DNA of 64,000 nt from Eledone cirrhosa (GCA_964016885.1 OZ024740.1:257672001-257736000); one strand, 5' to 3'; shown: positions 38,571 through 52,749, counted from the first letter of the stretch. Notes: a model not told the origin generated them from the letters alone. Translations and numbers: made by a program.

Positions 38571-39028
38571 GCAAAAGGTAAACGGAATCAACTAACCAAG
38601 CAACACAGTATAATGAAGAACTATATTAGTTTAAATCTTGATATAGTAAGAAAAAAGTCTTTACATGTAGGAAACTAATATCACATCAGAAGATAGAACG
38701 AGAACTAGGAAATGAAAGATAAGAGTGAAAAGAGGAAGGAACGGAGTAATTTTCTTTTTCTTGTGAAAGAGCTCGTGAGTATTCATTTAGCCATTTTAAA
38801 GAAAATATATAAATATATTTATGTCTAAATTTCAGTTTAACTATATAATATTCTTCATGTGTATATTCTATATATACCTCCAGGTTTGCATGTCACTATT
38901 TGCACACAAACGCTCACATATACAGAAATATATGTATATACTTTATACATATATCTAACTAACTACACGTAAACACACACACACGCACGCACACATACAC
39001 ACACACACGTGCGCGCGCACACACACAT

Positions 39029-39112
<84 letters not shown>

Positions 39113-39476
39113 TTATTTGTAGATTAATGGGAAAACTCAACTCAAGGAAACTGTTAAAACTGCAAAATGTCGACAATTACGGCGTCGGGAAAAATTAACC
39201 TCCAAAGATAGAAATCTGCACTTAGAAGTGTGTTGGTCCGCAGAAGTGATGGGAAGAGGAGAAAAGTAATAAAATGGACGAGAGAAAATCACACAAACAT
39301 TTAATACTCTCATCAGTTTTAGACCGCCTGTGGTTTCGGCGATTTAACTAGAAGGATCACTGCTTGCAACAATGGAGAAATACTTTTAGTTGAATCGTTA
39401 TTGACGACATTTTGCTGTTTTGCCCAATATCTACGAATTCTAATACACCGGCGTTTCAAACTCGTTACTCGAGATA

Positions 39477-39576
<100 letters not shown>

Positions 39577-39577
39577 A

Positions 39578-39754
39578 CATCATCAGGTCGAGCTTGCTCG
39601 GCTTTCTACGACGCATCCTCCATCCATATCTGTCTCTCATAGCGTTTACCAGTTCTTCCGCAGTGCATCCAGTATCGTCCTCAAGTTGCTTGACGTATGT
39701 CTTCTTGGGACAACCAGCGTTTCTTGCTCCATGAGATGGACTCCATAACAACAC
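39578..39754 (-). mobile_element. RTE LINE extreme 3' end
   Basis: LLWSPSHGARNAGCPKKTYVKQLEDDTG..ELVNAMRDRYGWR, followed by a short (ATG)-like tail. Confidence 0.75.
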
Positions 39755-39774
39755 ATCACATGCTATTTATATAT

Positions 39775-40016
39775 AAAATAAAATAAAATAAATAAGTCAA
39801 ATGTTTAAAATTTGGCTTCGTTTATTACTGCTATATATATTTATACTCTGTATTGACAAAGTTAAACACCTCAACAACATGTGTAGTCGTCTCTACCACA
39901 CTAATTCGGACTGCCTGAAGAGGTCACAACCAAAGATGGCTGTGACCGAAATATATATAGCAGTAATAAACGAAACCAAATTTTAAACATTTGACTTATT
40001 TATTTTATTTTATTTT
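39775..40016 (+). mobile_element. Miniature HHR element with ~65-bp inverted repeats
   Basis: 39775-39842 is the reverse complement of 39948-40016. HHR ACTGC-CTGAAGA-GGTCACAACCA-AAGA-TGGCTGTGACC-GAAA-TATATA-TA-GCAGT at 39910-39964. Confidence 0.85.
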
Positions 40017-40141
40017 ACATTACTCCGGAGTAACCAAACCAACCTGCGCACTTCGTCGACTGCTCCAATCTGCATACTGAGGTGTTGGTATACAACCAAC
40101 ATATACTAAAAAAAAAGAAAGAAAAAAAAATATATATATAA

Positions 40142-42095
40142 AGGATAACAAAATATCGTTGTAGGTAAACCAATTAGAGGTTGTGAATACTTCTTATTAT
40201 GGATAGTTTTAGCGTACGGCGTTGCTTGACTCAACAAGAGGTATACGTAGATGACGAGTTTATGATTTCACTTGTATTCCTATGTAAGTTTATCTTGGAG
40301 TAATAAAATTGAAAAAGTGGAGAATAACATGGTCAACAGTACAAAAAAGGGCATTTATTTGCAGTCTAACAATTGTTTCACTGATAGAGTTGTCTAAAAA
40401 TTGCTGAAAACTAAAAGCAGTGGCACTCAATTTTAAATACGATGTTAACTCTATTAGATCTTCGGAAACTGTTAAAAAAATATATATGTAACCGGCAAAT
40501 TTACAAATTCAAATTTCATCATCAATAATAATATTAATAATAAACATATAGAGAGAAAAGGAGGAAGAAAGGGAGATAAATACAGTAAAGAAAGAAAGGA
40601 AAGGAAAGAGAAAGAAGAAGAAGGAAAAAGAAAAAGAAAAAGAAAAAGAGAAAGAAGAAGAAAAAGGAGAAATTATTATAGATAGAAATATAAAGATATA
40701 TAGAAGATGATGTTAAATAGAGGAGAGATAAACATAATTAGAAATAACGTAGGATAGAAAGAAGAATAGAGGGACAAATAAATGAATAAACGTTAATACA
40801 TGAATAAATGTAAATAAAAATAAAAGTAGATATATAAAAAATATATGAAAAAATATATTATAAATATATATTAAAAAATTTGTATAATAAATAAATAAAT
40901 AAGTTATATCTAATGAGATATAAAATGGTATAACATGTGATAAACGAAGAATAAAAATAAATAGGTAAAAGGAGTAAAAAGAGTAAAAATGTGCGAAGAA
41001 TATTTAAACATGAAAATTATTAAGAATGGGTTTTGAGAATTGTTGAAATATATGGAGAATGTGAAAATATGATAATGTTAAATATATTTATGTGTGTATT
41101 GGTTATTTAATAAATAAATTAATTAATTAGTTTTAAGTTGTCGATAAAATAAAGTACCAGTAATGCACTGGGTAATTGCTGGCATCGTGCCTAAAGTAGA
41201 AACAATTATATAATAAAATAAAATGACAGCGATGTAATAAATTTAGGGAGAGAAATAGAAAGATAAAGAGTGAAAAATAGAGATATATAAAATAAGAATG
41301 TAAATATAAGAGGTGTTGATGTTGTTCTTTGATAGATGATGACAATTATAATTATAATTATAATGATGATGATGTTGATAATGTGATATCATAATAGATC
41401 CAAGTGGTACAATCTGGGTTATGGAATAGATAAGATGGAATTAAGCTGGTCTAAAGTTCTCAAATTTAGTCGCCAATTTATGTCGACAAAAAAATTGTTT
41501 TTTTACTGTTAAGAAGAATTTTGTTGTAATTTAAAATTTGGAAAAGTTCCATATTACAGAGACCACAGTGGGACATACCAATTTGATATGCCTTTGCTTC
41601 TGATAGCTTTGTCCTGCTGATTTTATATTCCATGTTTGCATCTTTGAGTTGCCAGATTTTATTGGCGAGAGTTGTTGTCTTTGAGAGATTCCTGTTAGTC
41701 ATAGAGTGTCTATGTACGTACCACCTTTTCTTAAACTCCCCAGCTGTGGAACCAATGTAATGCCATGCTAAGCTAGCTGAATTTATAGTACATAGGTATA
41801 CTATGTTTGTCTCTAGACATCTTCTGTATGGTTTTGTAGGTTGTATGTATGGGCTGAGAATTGGGTTTGTTGATATATTGTGGTGATGCGCTCTGACGTG
41901 TGTTTGGTTGTGATGATGTTATATGCTTATGTTTTGTATCAGCTCTTATGGTACTTATTTGCGGGCCACTTGTATTATAAATTCTTTTATAGTTAATTTT
42001 ATGTATGTGCGATTCTATGTTATTGGCAGTAGAGTATGATAGTTTGATAGTTTTTCTATTAAAGATTTTATGATATTTATGAATTTTAGGGAAAT
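40142..42095 (-). mobile_element. 5'-truncated Naiad-type PLE (EN relic + 3' region + HHR)
   Basis: Minus 41450-42095: FPKIHKYHKIFNRKTIKLSY, HYIGSTAGEFKKRWYVHRHS, CGLCNME. HHR at 40362-40471 (CAGTTT-CCGAAGA...GAAAC-AATT-GTT-AGACTG). Confidence 0.8.
41135..41206 (+). mobile_element. SINE 3' fragment (main family)
   Basis: GTCGATAAAATAAAGTACCAGT...GTAGAAACAATTAT. Confidence 0.75.
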
Positions 42096-44332
42096 AACGT
42101 AGGAATTACATAAAAAATAACGTCGGTAAGTACATAAAAAATAACGCCGGGAATTACATAAAAAATACAAGAAAACTACAGAGTCTACACTCAATATCAT
42201 TAACAAGGAAGGTCTTAACATAGTAAAAACACTTAAAATATCCGATAGAACAGAACCTCTAACCCCCTGTAAACCCACTTTTAATTTGATGGATCATAAA
42301 TGTAACTTCGAAACTAACCGTACTATTAGATTAATATGTCCATCAAAATCAGATATAGGCAGAATTAGCAAGTTTATACTAGCTAGAATAATACCACAAA
42401 TTAAAGAACAGCTAATAATCAAGCTCTGGGGTAACACAAATGAAGCAATAGATTGGTTTAATAAATTATACAATAGAGAATCTTCCGACTTTATACAATT
42501 TGACATAAATGACTACTACACTTCTATTTCCCCAGTTATCCTAAATAAGGCACTATCCTTTGCACAAAAAACTCTGACCTTTCACCAGATGAAATTAAAA
42601 TAATACTAGCTGGTAGAAGAACAATCATTAAATTCGACAATAGTTACTAGGAGCGAAAACATAGACAGAATAACTTCGATATAACTATGGGATCAAATGA
42701 TTCAGCCCAAATTACAGACATTGTTGGAATTTATATAGCACATTTCTTACATAGGGAATTTGATGACCTACAAGGAGGAATCTATAGAGACGATACACTA
42801 CTTTTAGCTAAAACTTAAATAATCAAAACTTAGAAAGATTAAGGAAAAAGATTAGAAAATTCTTTAATAATTTAGGCCTTAACATCACTTTTGAACTCAA
42901 CTCTAAAAAGCTAACTTCTTAGATGTATCGCGCAACCTTAACTGAGGACTAATAGAACCCTTCCATAAAAATAATGAAAATTTAGCTTACATTGATTATA
43001 ACTCTAATCACCCTCGATCCATAATTAACTCCATAGCACATAGTATATCCCTTAGAATCTGGCGCCTATCTTCTAACGTAGAAATGTTTAATGAACACGC
43101 TAGCTACTACAGCATAGCTTTACTTAAGGCATGCCATAAAGATACATACCAGATACAAAAAATAACAACACACTTAATATTAATAGCACCATCAACACCT
43201 ATAGAAACAACAAACCTAGGACTAAAGATAAAAATTGGCAACAAGCACTTAAATTAAAGGAACAGAATACTAATACAAATACCACTAATAACTATAGAAT
43301 ATGCAGAAATAGAAACTACTTATGGTTCAATCCAATGTTTAACTCCTCTATAAAAACTAAGCTACCTTACACTTTCTTCAAATTAGTTGACAAACATTTC
43401 CCTAAAATTCATAAATATCATAAAATCTTTAATAGAAAAACTATCAAACTGTCATACCCCACTACCAACAACATAGAATCGCACCTACATAAAATTAACT
43501 ATAAAATAATTTATAATACAAGTGTTATAATAGTGTTAATAATAGTGTTACTATTTTCATTAATGTATGGTTTAGAATGGGTTTTAATTAGATTAGTATG
43601 GTTAGACAGGTTGGTGCTAAATAAACAGAGTTCTACTTGCACCACATCCCCTAAACTATCACCCACCAACAACCTGTCTAACCATACTAATCTAATTACA
43701 ACTCATTCTAAACCATACATTAATGAAAATAGTAACACTAATACCACTATAGATAACACAATTAACTCTCTTGACACAATATTTGCGAATGGCTGTAACT
43801 GTAGAATCAAAAGAAATTGCCCATTACAGGGAAATTGTCTTATTAATAATATAGTCTATAAATGTGTAGTTAGTACTAGTGTCTCCACTCAATCCTATAA
43901 AGGAGCTACGGCTAACCAAATTAAAGTAAGATTTAACACCCACAAACATAGTTTTAAAAATGCCACATTAGCTAATACAACCTCCTTGGCTGAAGCAATT
44001 AATTATAGAAAGAAGGATATTGATTATAACCTGACCTGGAGCGTGCTCAAAAGAGCCACTCCTTAGCAAAATAGTAGATATGAGTGTAGGTTATGCTCCA
44101 AAGAACTATTTGAAATCATGAAATCTAATGATATCCTATTAAATAAGTGACAGGAATTAATTATATCATGCAATCATAGAATTAGAAAAACCTTCAAATA
44201 CTATAAACTTAATTAATATATACTTCACTCTTATATTTTACAAATTATTATAACTTTTCTTAATTTAGTTTACCTATAATTAAATATTTACTATAACGAA
44301 TTTCATAATTTTAGTTCCCTCTTGCAACTCAC
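41533..44332. repeat. Left arm of a 2800-bp inverted duplication
   Basis: Coordinates mirror 46114-48913 (sum 90446), with mirrored ORFs. Confidence 0.95.
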
Positions 44333-45150
44333 TTTACCTTAAGTTATCTTTAACCTCACTACTTCTTTTAACCGCATCCCCTATCTATCACATTCAATAC
44401 CTAGGATTAGTAAATATAATTAATATATTTAATATTTCGGTTGTTTAAATAGATATACTACTTTTTATAAAATGTTATCTATTTCAGTCTTACTATATAT
44501 ATATATTTTTTTTTAAATTACTTTTACTTCTTTATTTATCACATCCATAAGAATTAATATAATTTTAACTCTGTAAGTATACGTATCAATTAATTTAATG
44601 TCCTTGTATGTATCTAGGTTCCTTAAAATTTAAACAGGAGGAGTATTTCTCACTAACACTCTCATCCCACATAAAATTCTTTTCCCTATGCTTTTAACAA
44701 CATTCTTTAATAGCCTCAATTTTTTGAGGGAATCCTTCACTATCTCATTAACTTGACTTCATTTTAACCCCTACCTTTCTCTTCCCCATTCTTTTCATTC
44801 AAAGCATAAATTTACATCCTTCCACTCCTAGCATAACATTTCTACTACGATTATTCTATCAACTTGACCTCTATCTTTTCTATTGGTCAATTCAAAACCT
44901 GTTCCCAAAAAGACTTTTTGTATTAATACTTTATTTCAATAAACATACTTCATCATTTCTTAAGATGGCATATATAAGTGAAGGTATGTATATCCCCTCT
45001 GAAAATGTGTAATATTTTTTTTACATAGATCTTTAATTATGATATATATATACCAACATACACATATATATCCCAGAAACGATCGTAAAATGATGGGTTT
45101 TTTTAAATATAAGGAACCTGTTCTTTGTTTTTACTTCATTGTTTTTATTA

Positions 45151-45160
<10 letters not shown>
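42170..45160 (+). mobile_element. Naiad-type PLE: frameshifted RT + GIY-YIG EN + 3' region + HHR
   Basis: RLICPSKSDIGRISK, FIQFDINDYYTSI, FDITMGSNDSAQITDIVG, GIYRDDTL, YIDYNSNHP, LWFNP, GCNCRIKRNCPLQGNCL, CRLC..LLNK..CNH. Multiple stops and frameshifts. Confidence 0.9.
44951..45095 (+). ncRNA. Type I HHR with ~110-nt stem II, core mutated
   Basis: Stem I CATCATTT/AAATGATG (8 bp); core CTTAAGA (G5 changed); stem II TGGCATATATA/TATATATCCCA; GAAAC-GATC-GTA. Confidence 0.7.
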
Positions 45161-45204
<44 letters not shown>

Positions 45205-46113
45205 TCCCTCAACGTTCTTTCATCACACACCTGTGACATTATCAGTGGTACTATTATGTTTCCTCCCTGAATATTGCTTCCATCATGAAACCCTCAGGAA
45301 TGTCTTTTTAATCATATAGTCAATATAATATGTCGTAACTTTCACGCACAGATACAAATTTCGAAGGTGATTAGTAGCTTCATCTAGGGTCTAGTTGTTT
45401 AACTTTGAAATTTCTCTGTTCGTAATATATTGTTGGCTTATGATATCGTTTATTTGTTCTAGTGTTTTATAAAGTTTATATTCTGTACAGCGACATAGTT
45501 TTAATGCACACCAATCAAAAGGAGAACAAAGAATATTGATAAGCGATACAAATAAGCAAGCCTAAGAATAATCACACACACTATCACATGCACATACTCA
45601 CTTACTCACTCACATATCTAATCTGACCTCCAACAAGATCGCTGTCGACTTATTTTCCAAAAACAGAATGGGGGAGGGAGTTGGGGGAGGTTCTATTGCT
45701 CTATCCAGCACGCAGATACTGTCTGTCCGTCCGTCATCTATCTATATGTATCTATAAAAAGGAAGTCTGCTTGCAAGTTGAGTGCTAATAGCACTACATA
45801 AAATTGGTGCTAATTAAGGATTTTCATGTGTTTTCAGCTAATATAATCCCCAATATGCTCGCAATAGATTTTCTTTCCGAAAACGGAACGGGGTAAAGCT
45901 CAGATTTTACCAAACACGGAGATTTCATCTGTGGGAGTTTTCTTTTTATTTACTAGGTTCCTTCCTTTGTTCTGTAACGATCTGACATCCGATTCACTTG
46001 CCAACGACTCTTTTTTCCGAAAACGGAGTAATTGAGTTAGACCATCGGAGTTAGAGATAAGCACTTCTCAGTCGTTTATAAAAGCACCCGCTAAAGATTA
46101 TGAAGAAATGTTT

Positions 46114-48913
46114 GTGAGTTGCAAGAGGGAACTAAAATTATGAAATTCGTTATAGTAAATATTTAATTATAGGTAAACTAAATTAAGAAAAGTTATAATA
46201 ATTTGTAAAATATAAGAGTGAAGTATATATTAATTAAGTTTATAGTATTTGAAGGTTTTTCTAATTCTATGATTGCATGATATAATTAATTCCTGTCACT
46301 TATTTAATAGGATATCATTAGATTTCATGATTTCAAATAGTTCTTTGGAGCATAACCTACACTCATATCTACTATTTTGCTAAGGAGTGGCTCTTTTGAG
46401 CACGCTCCAGGTCAGGTTATAATCAATATCCTTCTTTCTATAATTAATTGCTTCAGCCAAGGAGGTTGTATTAGCTAATGTGGCATTTTTAAAACTATGT
46501 TTGTGGGTGTTAAATCTTACTTTAATTTGGTTAGCCGTAGCTCCTTTATAGGATTGAGTGGAGACACTAGTACTAACTACACATTTATAGACTATATTAT
46601 TAATAAGACAATTTCCCTGTAATGGGCAATTTCTTTTGATTCTACAGTTACAGCCATTCGCAAATATTGTGTCAAGAGAGTTAATTGTGTTATCTATAGT
46701 GGTATTAGTGTTACTATTTTCATTAATGTATGGTTTAGAATGAGTTGTAATTAGATTAGTATGGTTAGACAGGTTGTTGGTGGGTGATAGTTTAGGGGAT
46801 GTGGTGCAAGTAGAACTCTGTTTATTTAGCACCAACCTGTCTAACCATACTAATCTAATTAAAACCCATTCTAAACCATACATTAATGAAAATAGTAACA
46901 CTATTATTAACACTATTATAACACTTGTATTATAAATTATTTTATAGTTAATTTTATGTAGGTGCGATTCTATGTTGTTGGTAGTGGGGTATGACAGTTT
47001 GATAGTTTTTCTATTAAAGATTTTATGATATTTATGAATTTTAGGGAAATGTTTGTCAACTAATTTGAAGAAAGTGTAAGGTAGCTTAGTTTTTATAGAG
47101 GAGTTAAACATTGGATTGAACCATAAGTAGTTTCTATTTCTGCATATTCTATAGTTATTAGTGGTATTTGTATTAGTATTCTGTTCCTTTAATTTAAGTG
47201 CTTGTTGCCAATTTTTATCTTTAGTCCTAGGTTTGTTGTTTCTATAGGTGTTGATGGTGCTATTAATATTAAGTGTGTTGTTATTTTTTGTATCTGGTAT
47301 GTATCTTTATGGCATGCCTTAAGTAAAGCTATGCTGTAGTAGCTAGCGTGTTCATTAAACATTTCTACGTTAGAAGATAGGCGCCAGATTCTAAGGGATA
47401 TACTATGTGCTATGGAGTTAATTATGGATCGAGGGTGATTAGAGTTATAATCAATGTAAGCTAAATTTTCATTATTTTTATGGAAGGGTTCTATTAGTCC
47501 TCAGTTAAGGTTGAGCGATACATCTAAGAAGTTAGCTTTTTAGAGTTGAGTTCAAAAGTGATGTTAAGGCCTAAATTATTAAAGAATTTTCTAATCATTT
47601 TCCTTAATCTTTCTAAGTTTTGATTATTTAAGTTTTAGCTAAAAGTAGTGTATCGTCTCTATAGATTCCTCCTTGTAGGTCATCAAATTCCCTATGTAAG
47701 AAATGTGCTATATAAATTCCAACAATGTCTGTAATTTGGGCTGAATCATTTGATCCCATAGTTATATCGAAGTTATTCTGTCTATGTTTTCGCTCCTAGT
47801 AACTATTGTCGAATTTAATGATTGTTCTTCTACCAGCTAGTATTATTTTAATTTCATCTGGTGAAAGGTCAGAGTTTTTTGTGCAAAGGATAGTGCCTTA
47901 TTTAGGATAACTGGGGAAATAGAAATGTAGTAGTCATTTATGTCAAATTGTATAAAGTCGGAAGATTCTCTATTGTATAATTTATTAAACCAATCTATTG
48001 CTTCATTTGTGTTACCCCAGAGCTTGATTATTAGCTGTTCTTTAATTTGTGGTATTATTCTAGCTAGTATAAACTTGCTAATTCTGCCTATATCTGATTT
48101 TGATGGACATATTAATCTAATAGTACGGTTAGTTTCGAAGTTACATTTATGATCCATCAAATTAAAAGTGGGTTTACAAGGGGTTAGAGGTTCTGTTCTA
48201 TCGGATATTTTAAGTGTTTTTACTATGTTAAGACCTTCCTTGTTAATGATATTGAGTGTAGACTCTGTAGTTTTCTTGTATTTTTTATGTAATTCCCGGC
48301 GTTATTTTTTATGTACTTACCGACGTTATTTTTTATGTAATTCCTACGTTATTTCCCTAAAATTCATAAATATCATAAAATCTTTAATAGAAAAACTATC
48401 AAACTATCATACTCTACTGCCAATAACATAGAATCGCACATACATAAAATTAACTATAAAAGAATTTATAATACAAGTGGCCCGCAAATAAGTACCATAA
48501 GAGCTGATACAAAACATAAGCATATAACATCATCACAACCAAACACACGTCAGAGCGCATCACCACAATATATCAACAAACCCAATTCTCAGCCCATACA
48601 TACAACCTACAAAACCATACAGAAGATGTCTAGAGACAAACATAGTATACCTATGTACTATAAATTCAGCTAGCTTAGCATGGCATTACATTGGTTCCAC
48701 AGCTGGGGAGTTTAAGAAAAGGTGGTACGTACATAGACACTCTATGACTAACAGGAATCTCTCAAAGACAACAACTCTCGCCAATAAAATCTGGCAACTC
48801 AAAGATGCAAACATGGAATATAAAATCAGCAGGACAAAGCTATCAGAAGCAAAGGCATATCATATTGGTATGTCCCACTGTGGTCTCTGTAATATGGAAC
48901 TTTTCCAAATTTT
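46114..48913 (-). repeat. Right arm of the 2800-bp inverted duplication (PLE RT/EN copy lacking 3' tails)
   Basis: Reverse complement of 41533-44332, with at least 5 substitutions seen. Confidence 0.95.
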
Positions 48914-48951
48914 CTCTAAACATCCCCATTCTTTAAATCAATCCGCCACAG

Positions 48952-49042
48952 ATCAACACCATCCCCTACCACCAAAAAACGTATAAGTACCGCCCATCCC
49001 AATCAACACCATCCCCTACCACCAAAAAACGTATAAGTACCA
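48952..49042. repeat. Short tandem duplication next to the duplication breakpoint
   Basis: ATCAACACCATCCCCTACCACCAAAAAACGTATAAGTACC twice. Confidence 0.85.
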
Positions 49043-49153
49043 CCTTACCATATTGACAGTCGGCTTTCGAATGAAACAGTTCTAGTCCTGTAGAAGTCAT
49101 TTCTATATTAAACACACACATTCCCACCCAAACACACACACACATACATATAT

Positions 49154-49935
49154 ATATATTTTGTCGTTCCTGGGGTTTTTAACCCTAGGACAGGAAAATG
49201 CTTCTCTGATAATCGTTGCTTTTCCATTAATATCCTTGTGATATTTAATGTTTTGCACCGTGAAACTGTACAGTTAGGGCAATTAGACTGTACAATTAGA
49301 ATAGGTAAATATTTATATTATATTTTTTAATTTTGATTAATTTTGATTGTATATTAATTTTGATTTATTTTGAAAAATTGATTGAACTCTTACTTGTTCT
49401 GCTTATCTTGATATTATGTTCTGGTATATCAAATTATTACCATAGAACCACCTTAAATCATAGATACACTATATATTTCCGGGGGTACATTGTACCCTCA
49501 GATATATATTAACTTTTTCAATAATCTCCATATGTAGAGATACAAATTTTGTCGTTATATTTAGTTACTAAAAATCTTTTTTTAGTGGCGAGCTATAGAC
49601 GGCGAGTCTACGATTTCCCGCCTTCACTATACACCAATGTATTTACGGGTCACTTTCACGACCTTTTAGACCTGTATTAGTTGGAGTGAGGTCATATATT
49701 TTGTCGTTCCTGGGGTTTTTAACCCTAGGACAGGAAAATGCTTCTCTGATGATCGTTGCTTTTCCATTAATATCCTTGTGATAATTAATGTTTTGCACCG
49801 TGAAACTGTACAGTTAGGGCCATTAGAATAGGTAAATATTTATATTATATTTTTTAATTTTGATTAATTTTGATTGTATATTAATTTTGATTTATTTTGA
49901 AAAATTGATTGAATTTTTACTTGTTCTGCTTATCT

Positions 49936-49940
<5 letters not shown>
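49154..49940 (+). mobile_element. Retrozyme-like or tandem-pLTR element: ~250-bp HHR-containing direct repeats 540 bp apart
   Basis: 49154-49412 is repeated at 49694-49940. Each copy has CTGAT(G/A)A-TCGTTGC...GCACCGT-GAAAC-TGTACA-GTT-AGGG. Confidence 0.75.
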
Positions 49941-50450
<510 letters not shown>

Positions 50451-50673
50451 TGTAAAGTAGGTATTTCTCCTGTTGTCTAGCCCGCTTTAAAGGCATGCCT
50501 ATGACGGAAAAATTACTGCCGTGACAGTCTCGTTTATTAATAAGATATTGTTTATGTACGTCTTCACTACATTAAATGAGTATTTAATATTTTATAAAAC
50601 ATTGTTGATTCGATTCAATGAGGTGTGCTATTATTTCAAGAAGGCCAATCGACCGCGTTAGCAAACCGGCATT

Positions 50674-50759
<86 letters not shown>

Positions 50760-50951
50760 TACACACTCACATTTATATTTATATATATACATATATATAT
50801 ATAGGTTCGAGAACCTGTATCGTTGGAATTTGTCTCAATAAATACCTTAGTCATTGTATATAATTGCTAACTATGAATTCCATCGTTTAAAGCTAAATAG
50901 AATATATTGCCTATTGAATATGCTATACGTACATATATAAATTTGAATATA

Positions 50952-50982
<31 letters not shown>

Positions 50983-51090
50983 ATCAGACAAATATTTCGT
51001 TATATAAATAAACACCAAGCTAATGGCCTGTAGAGATCCTTATCTGATTATATAGAAATTCAGAGATACACGCACACAAACTCTCACTCT

Positions 51091-51211
<121 letters not shown>

Positions 51212-51314
51212 GTATACACATACATATATACATACAAGTAGTCTCGCGTATTTTATAGTTGTTTAGACCTGATAAGTCATACCTGGGCGAAAAGTGTGAC
51301 TGTGACTATATCTA

Positions 51315-52439
51315 TCTAGCTATGCCGGACTTGTTCCCCGATCTCCTCGAGGCAGTCTACTGCAACTGGCAACAGAACGGGAGAATTTCCATTGCTGTGA
51401 CCAAGGGCGTAGTCACGCTAGTGAGGAAGAACGAGAGAGAGGGGGACGATATAAATAATTTCAGGCCCATAACTCTGCTAAATACAGAGTTACAGATTTT
51501 GGCCAATCTGCTAGCGAAGAGGTTGGCGTTTGTCGTGGGAAACCTGGTGGGAGATGCGCAGACATGTGCTATCCCGTCCAGGTCCATCCACGACAACCTC
51601 CACCTCATGCGATACATCATAGAGAGGGTTGGGAACGAACCCGGCTTTGGTGGGGCCCTGATCAACTTTGATCAATCTAAGGCGTTCGATAGGGTCGACC
51701 ATGATTAACTGGATGCGGTGCTAGCGGCGGCAGGCTTCGGACCCGTTTTCAGGGGCTGGATCAATGCCATGCACAGCAGCCGCATCTGCTCTAGGGTCAA
51801 GGTGAACGGCTACTTCTCGGAGCCGTTCGAAATCGCGCGGTCCATCCGACAAGGGTGCCTCTCTCTCCTCCCTTCTCTATGTAATGACTCTAGAGCCACT
51901 GTTGCGGAAGTTGGAGTTGTTGCAGGGCATCCCTTTGAAACCGGGATTGCGGAAAGCGGTGTCGGCCTACGCCGATGACGTAACAGTAATGGTGTCGACG
52001 GCCTCGGAAATCGGGGCGATCGGCACCTTACTGGAGGAGTACGAAAGGTTTACAGGGGCTAAGCTGATCCGGGACAAATCGATCGGTCTGCAACTCGGTA
52101 CGTGGAGGGGCAGATCGATGCCCTCCGATGGCGTCGTCGGGCGCTGGACGGAGAGTTCGGTGAAGTTGCTCGGGGTCTGGTTCGGACCAGACCTCCAGGT
52201 GGAGAAAAACTGGGGTGAGGTAACGAACAGGATGTTTGCACTGACCCAGAAGTGGGCCGAGTGGAAACTGTCCCTGAAAGATCGGGCGGAGGTGGCGAAC
52301 ACTTATATAGCGTCCGTCATCTACTACCGCCTGACTGTTGTGCCTTGCACAAGGGAAACCCTCGCCAAAATGGAGCGCGCACTCTTCCAATTCCTTTGGA
52401 AGAAGCGGGCTCCTATGGTGAGGAGATCCATCTGCTGTC

Positions 52440-52440
<1 letters not shown>
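51315..52440 (+). pseudogene. Tx1/L1-clade LINE reverse transcriptase fragment
   Basis: NFRPITLLNTE, QTCAIPSRSIHDNL, DQSKAFDRVDH, SIRQGC, SAYADDVTV, VKLLGVWFG. One stop and a frameshift. Confidence 0.9.
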
Positions 52441-52484
<44 letters not shown>

Positions 52485-52668
52485 ACACACACACACACGC
52501 ACACACGCACACACGCACACACATGCATACACACAAATATGTATATATATCAGATAGTGTGTGGTAAAAACTAGCAAGACCATAGCACATTAGAATACTC
52601 GATAGTTCGTATCTAGCTGTCGAAACGGCCGAAGCTGAGACGTCGAGTTGTGAATCTTTTCATATATA

Positions 52669-52749
<81 letters not shown>

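Noticed and set aside
39305-39345. GAAAC...GTC...CTGATGAG on the minus strand as a type II hammerhead
   Set aside because: No room for stem I and no stem II complementarity.
43510-43600. Transmembrane helix in the 243-aa ORF suggesting an envelope-like PLE protein
   Set aside because: The hydrophobic stretch is the antisense reading of an inverted copy of the N/T-rich linker.
44064-44215. In-frame TGA in the Naiad EN C-terminus as possible selenocysteine (some Naiads are reported to be selenoproteins)
   Set aside because: The TGA falls at the Arg/Lys position of LLNK-R, not at a Cys. An upstream TAG and frameshifts show the copy is decayed. No Cys-position TGA is seen in the other EN ORFs.
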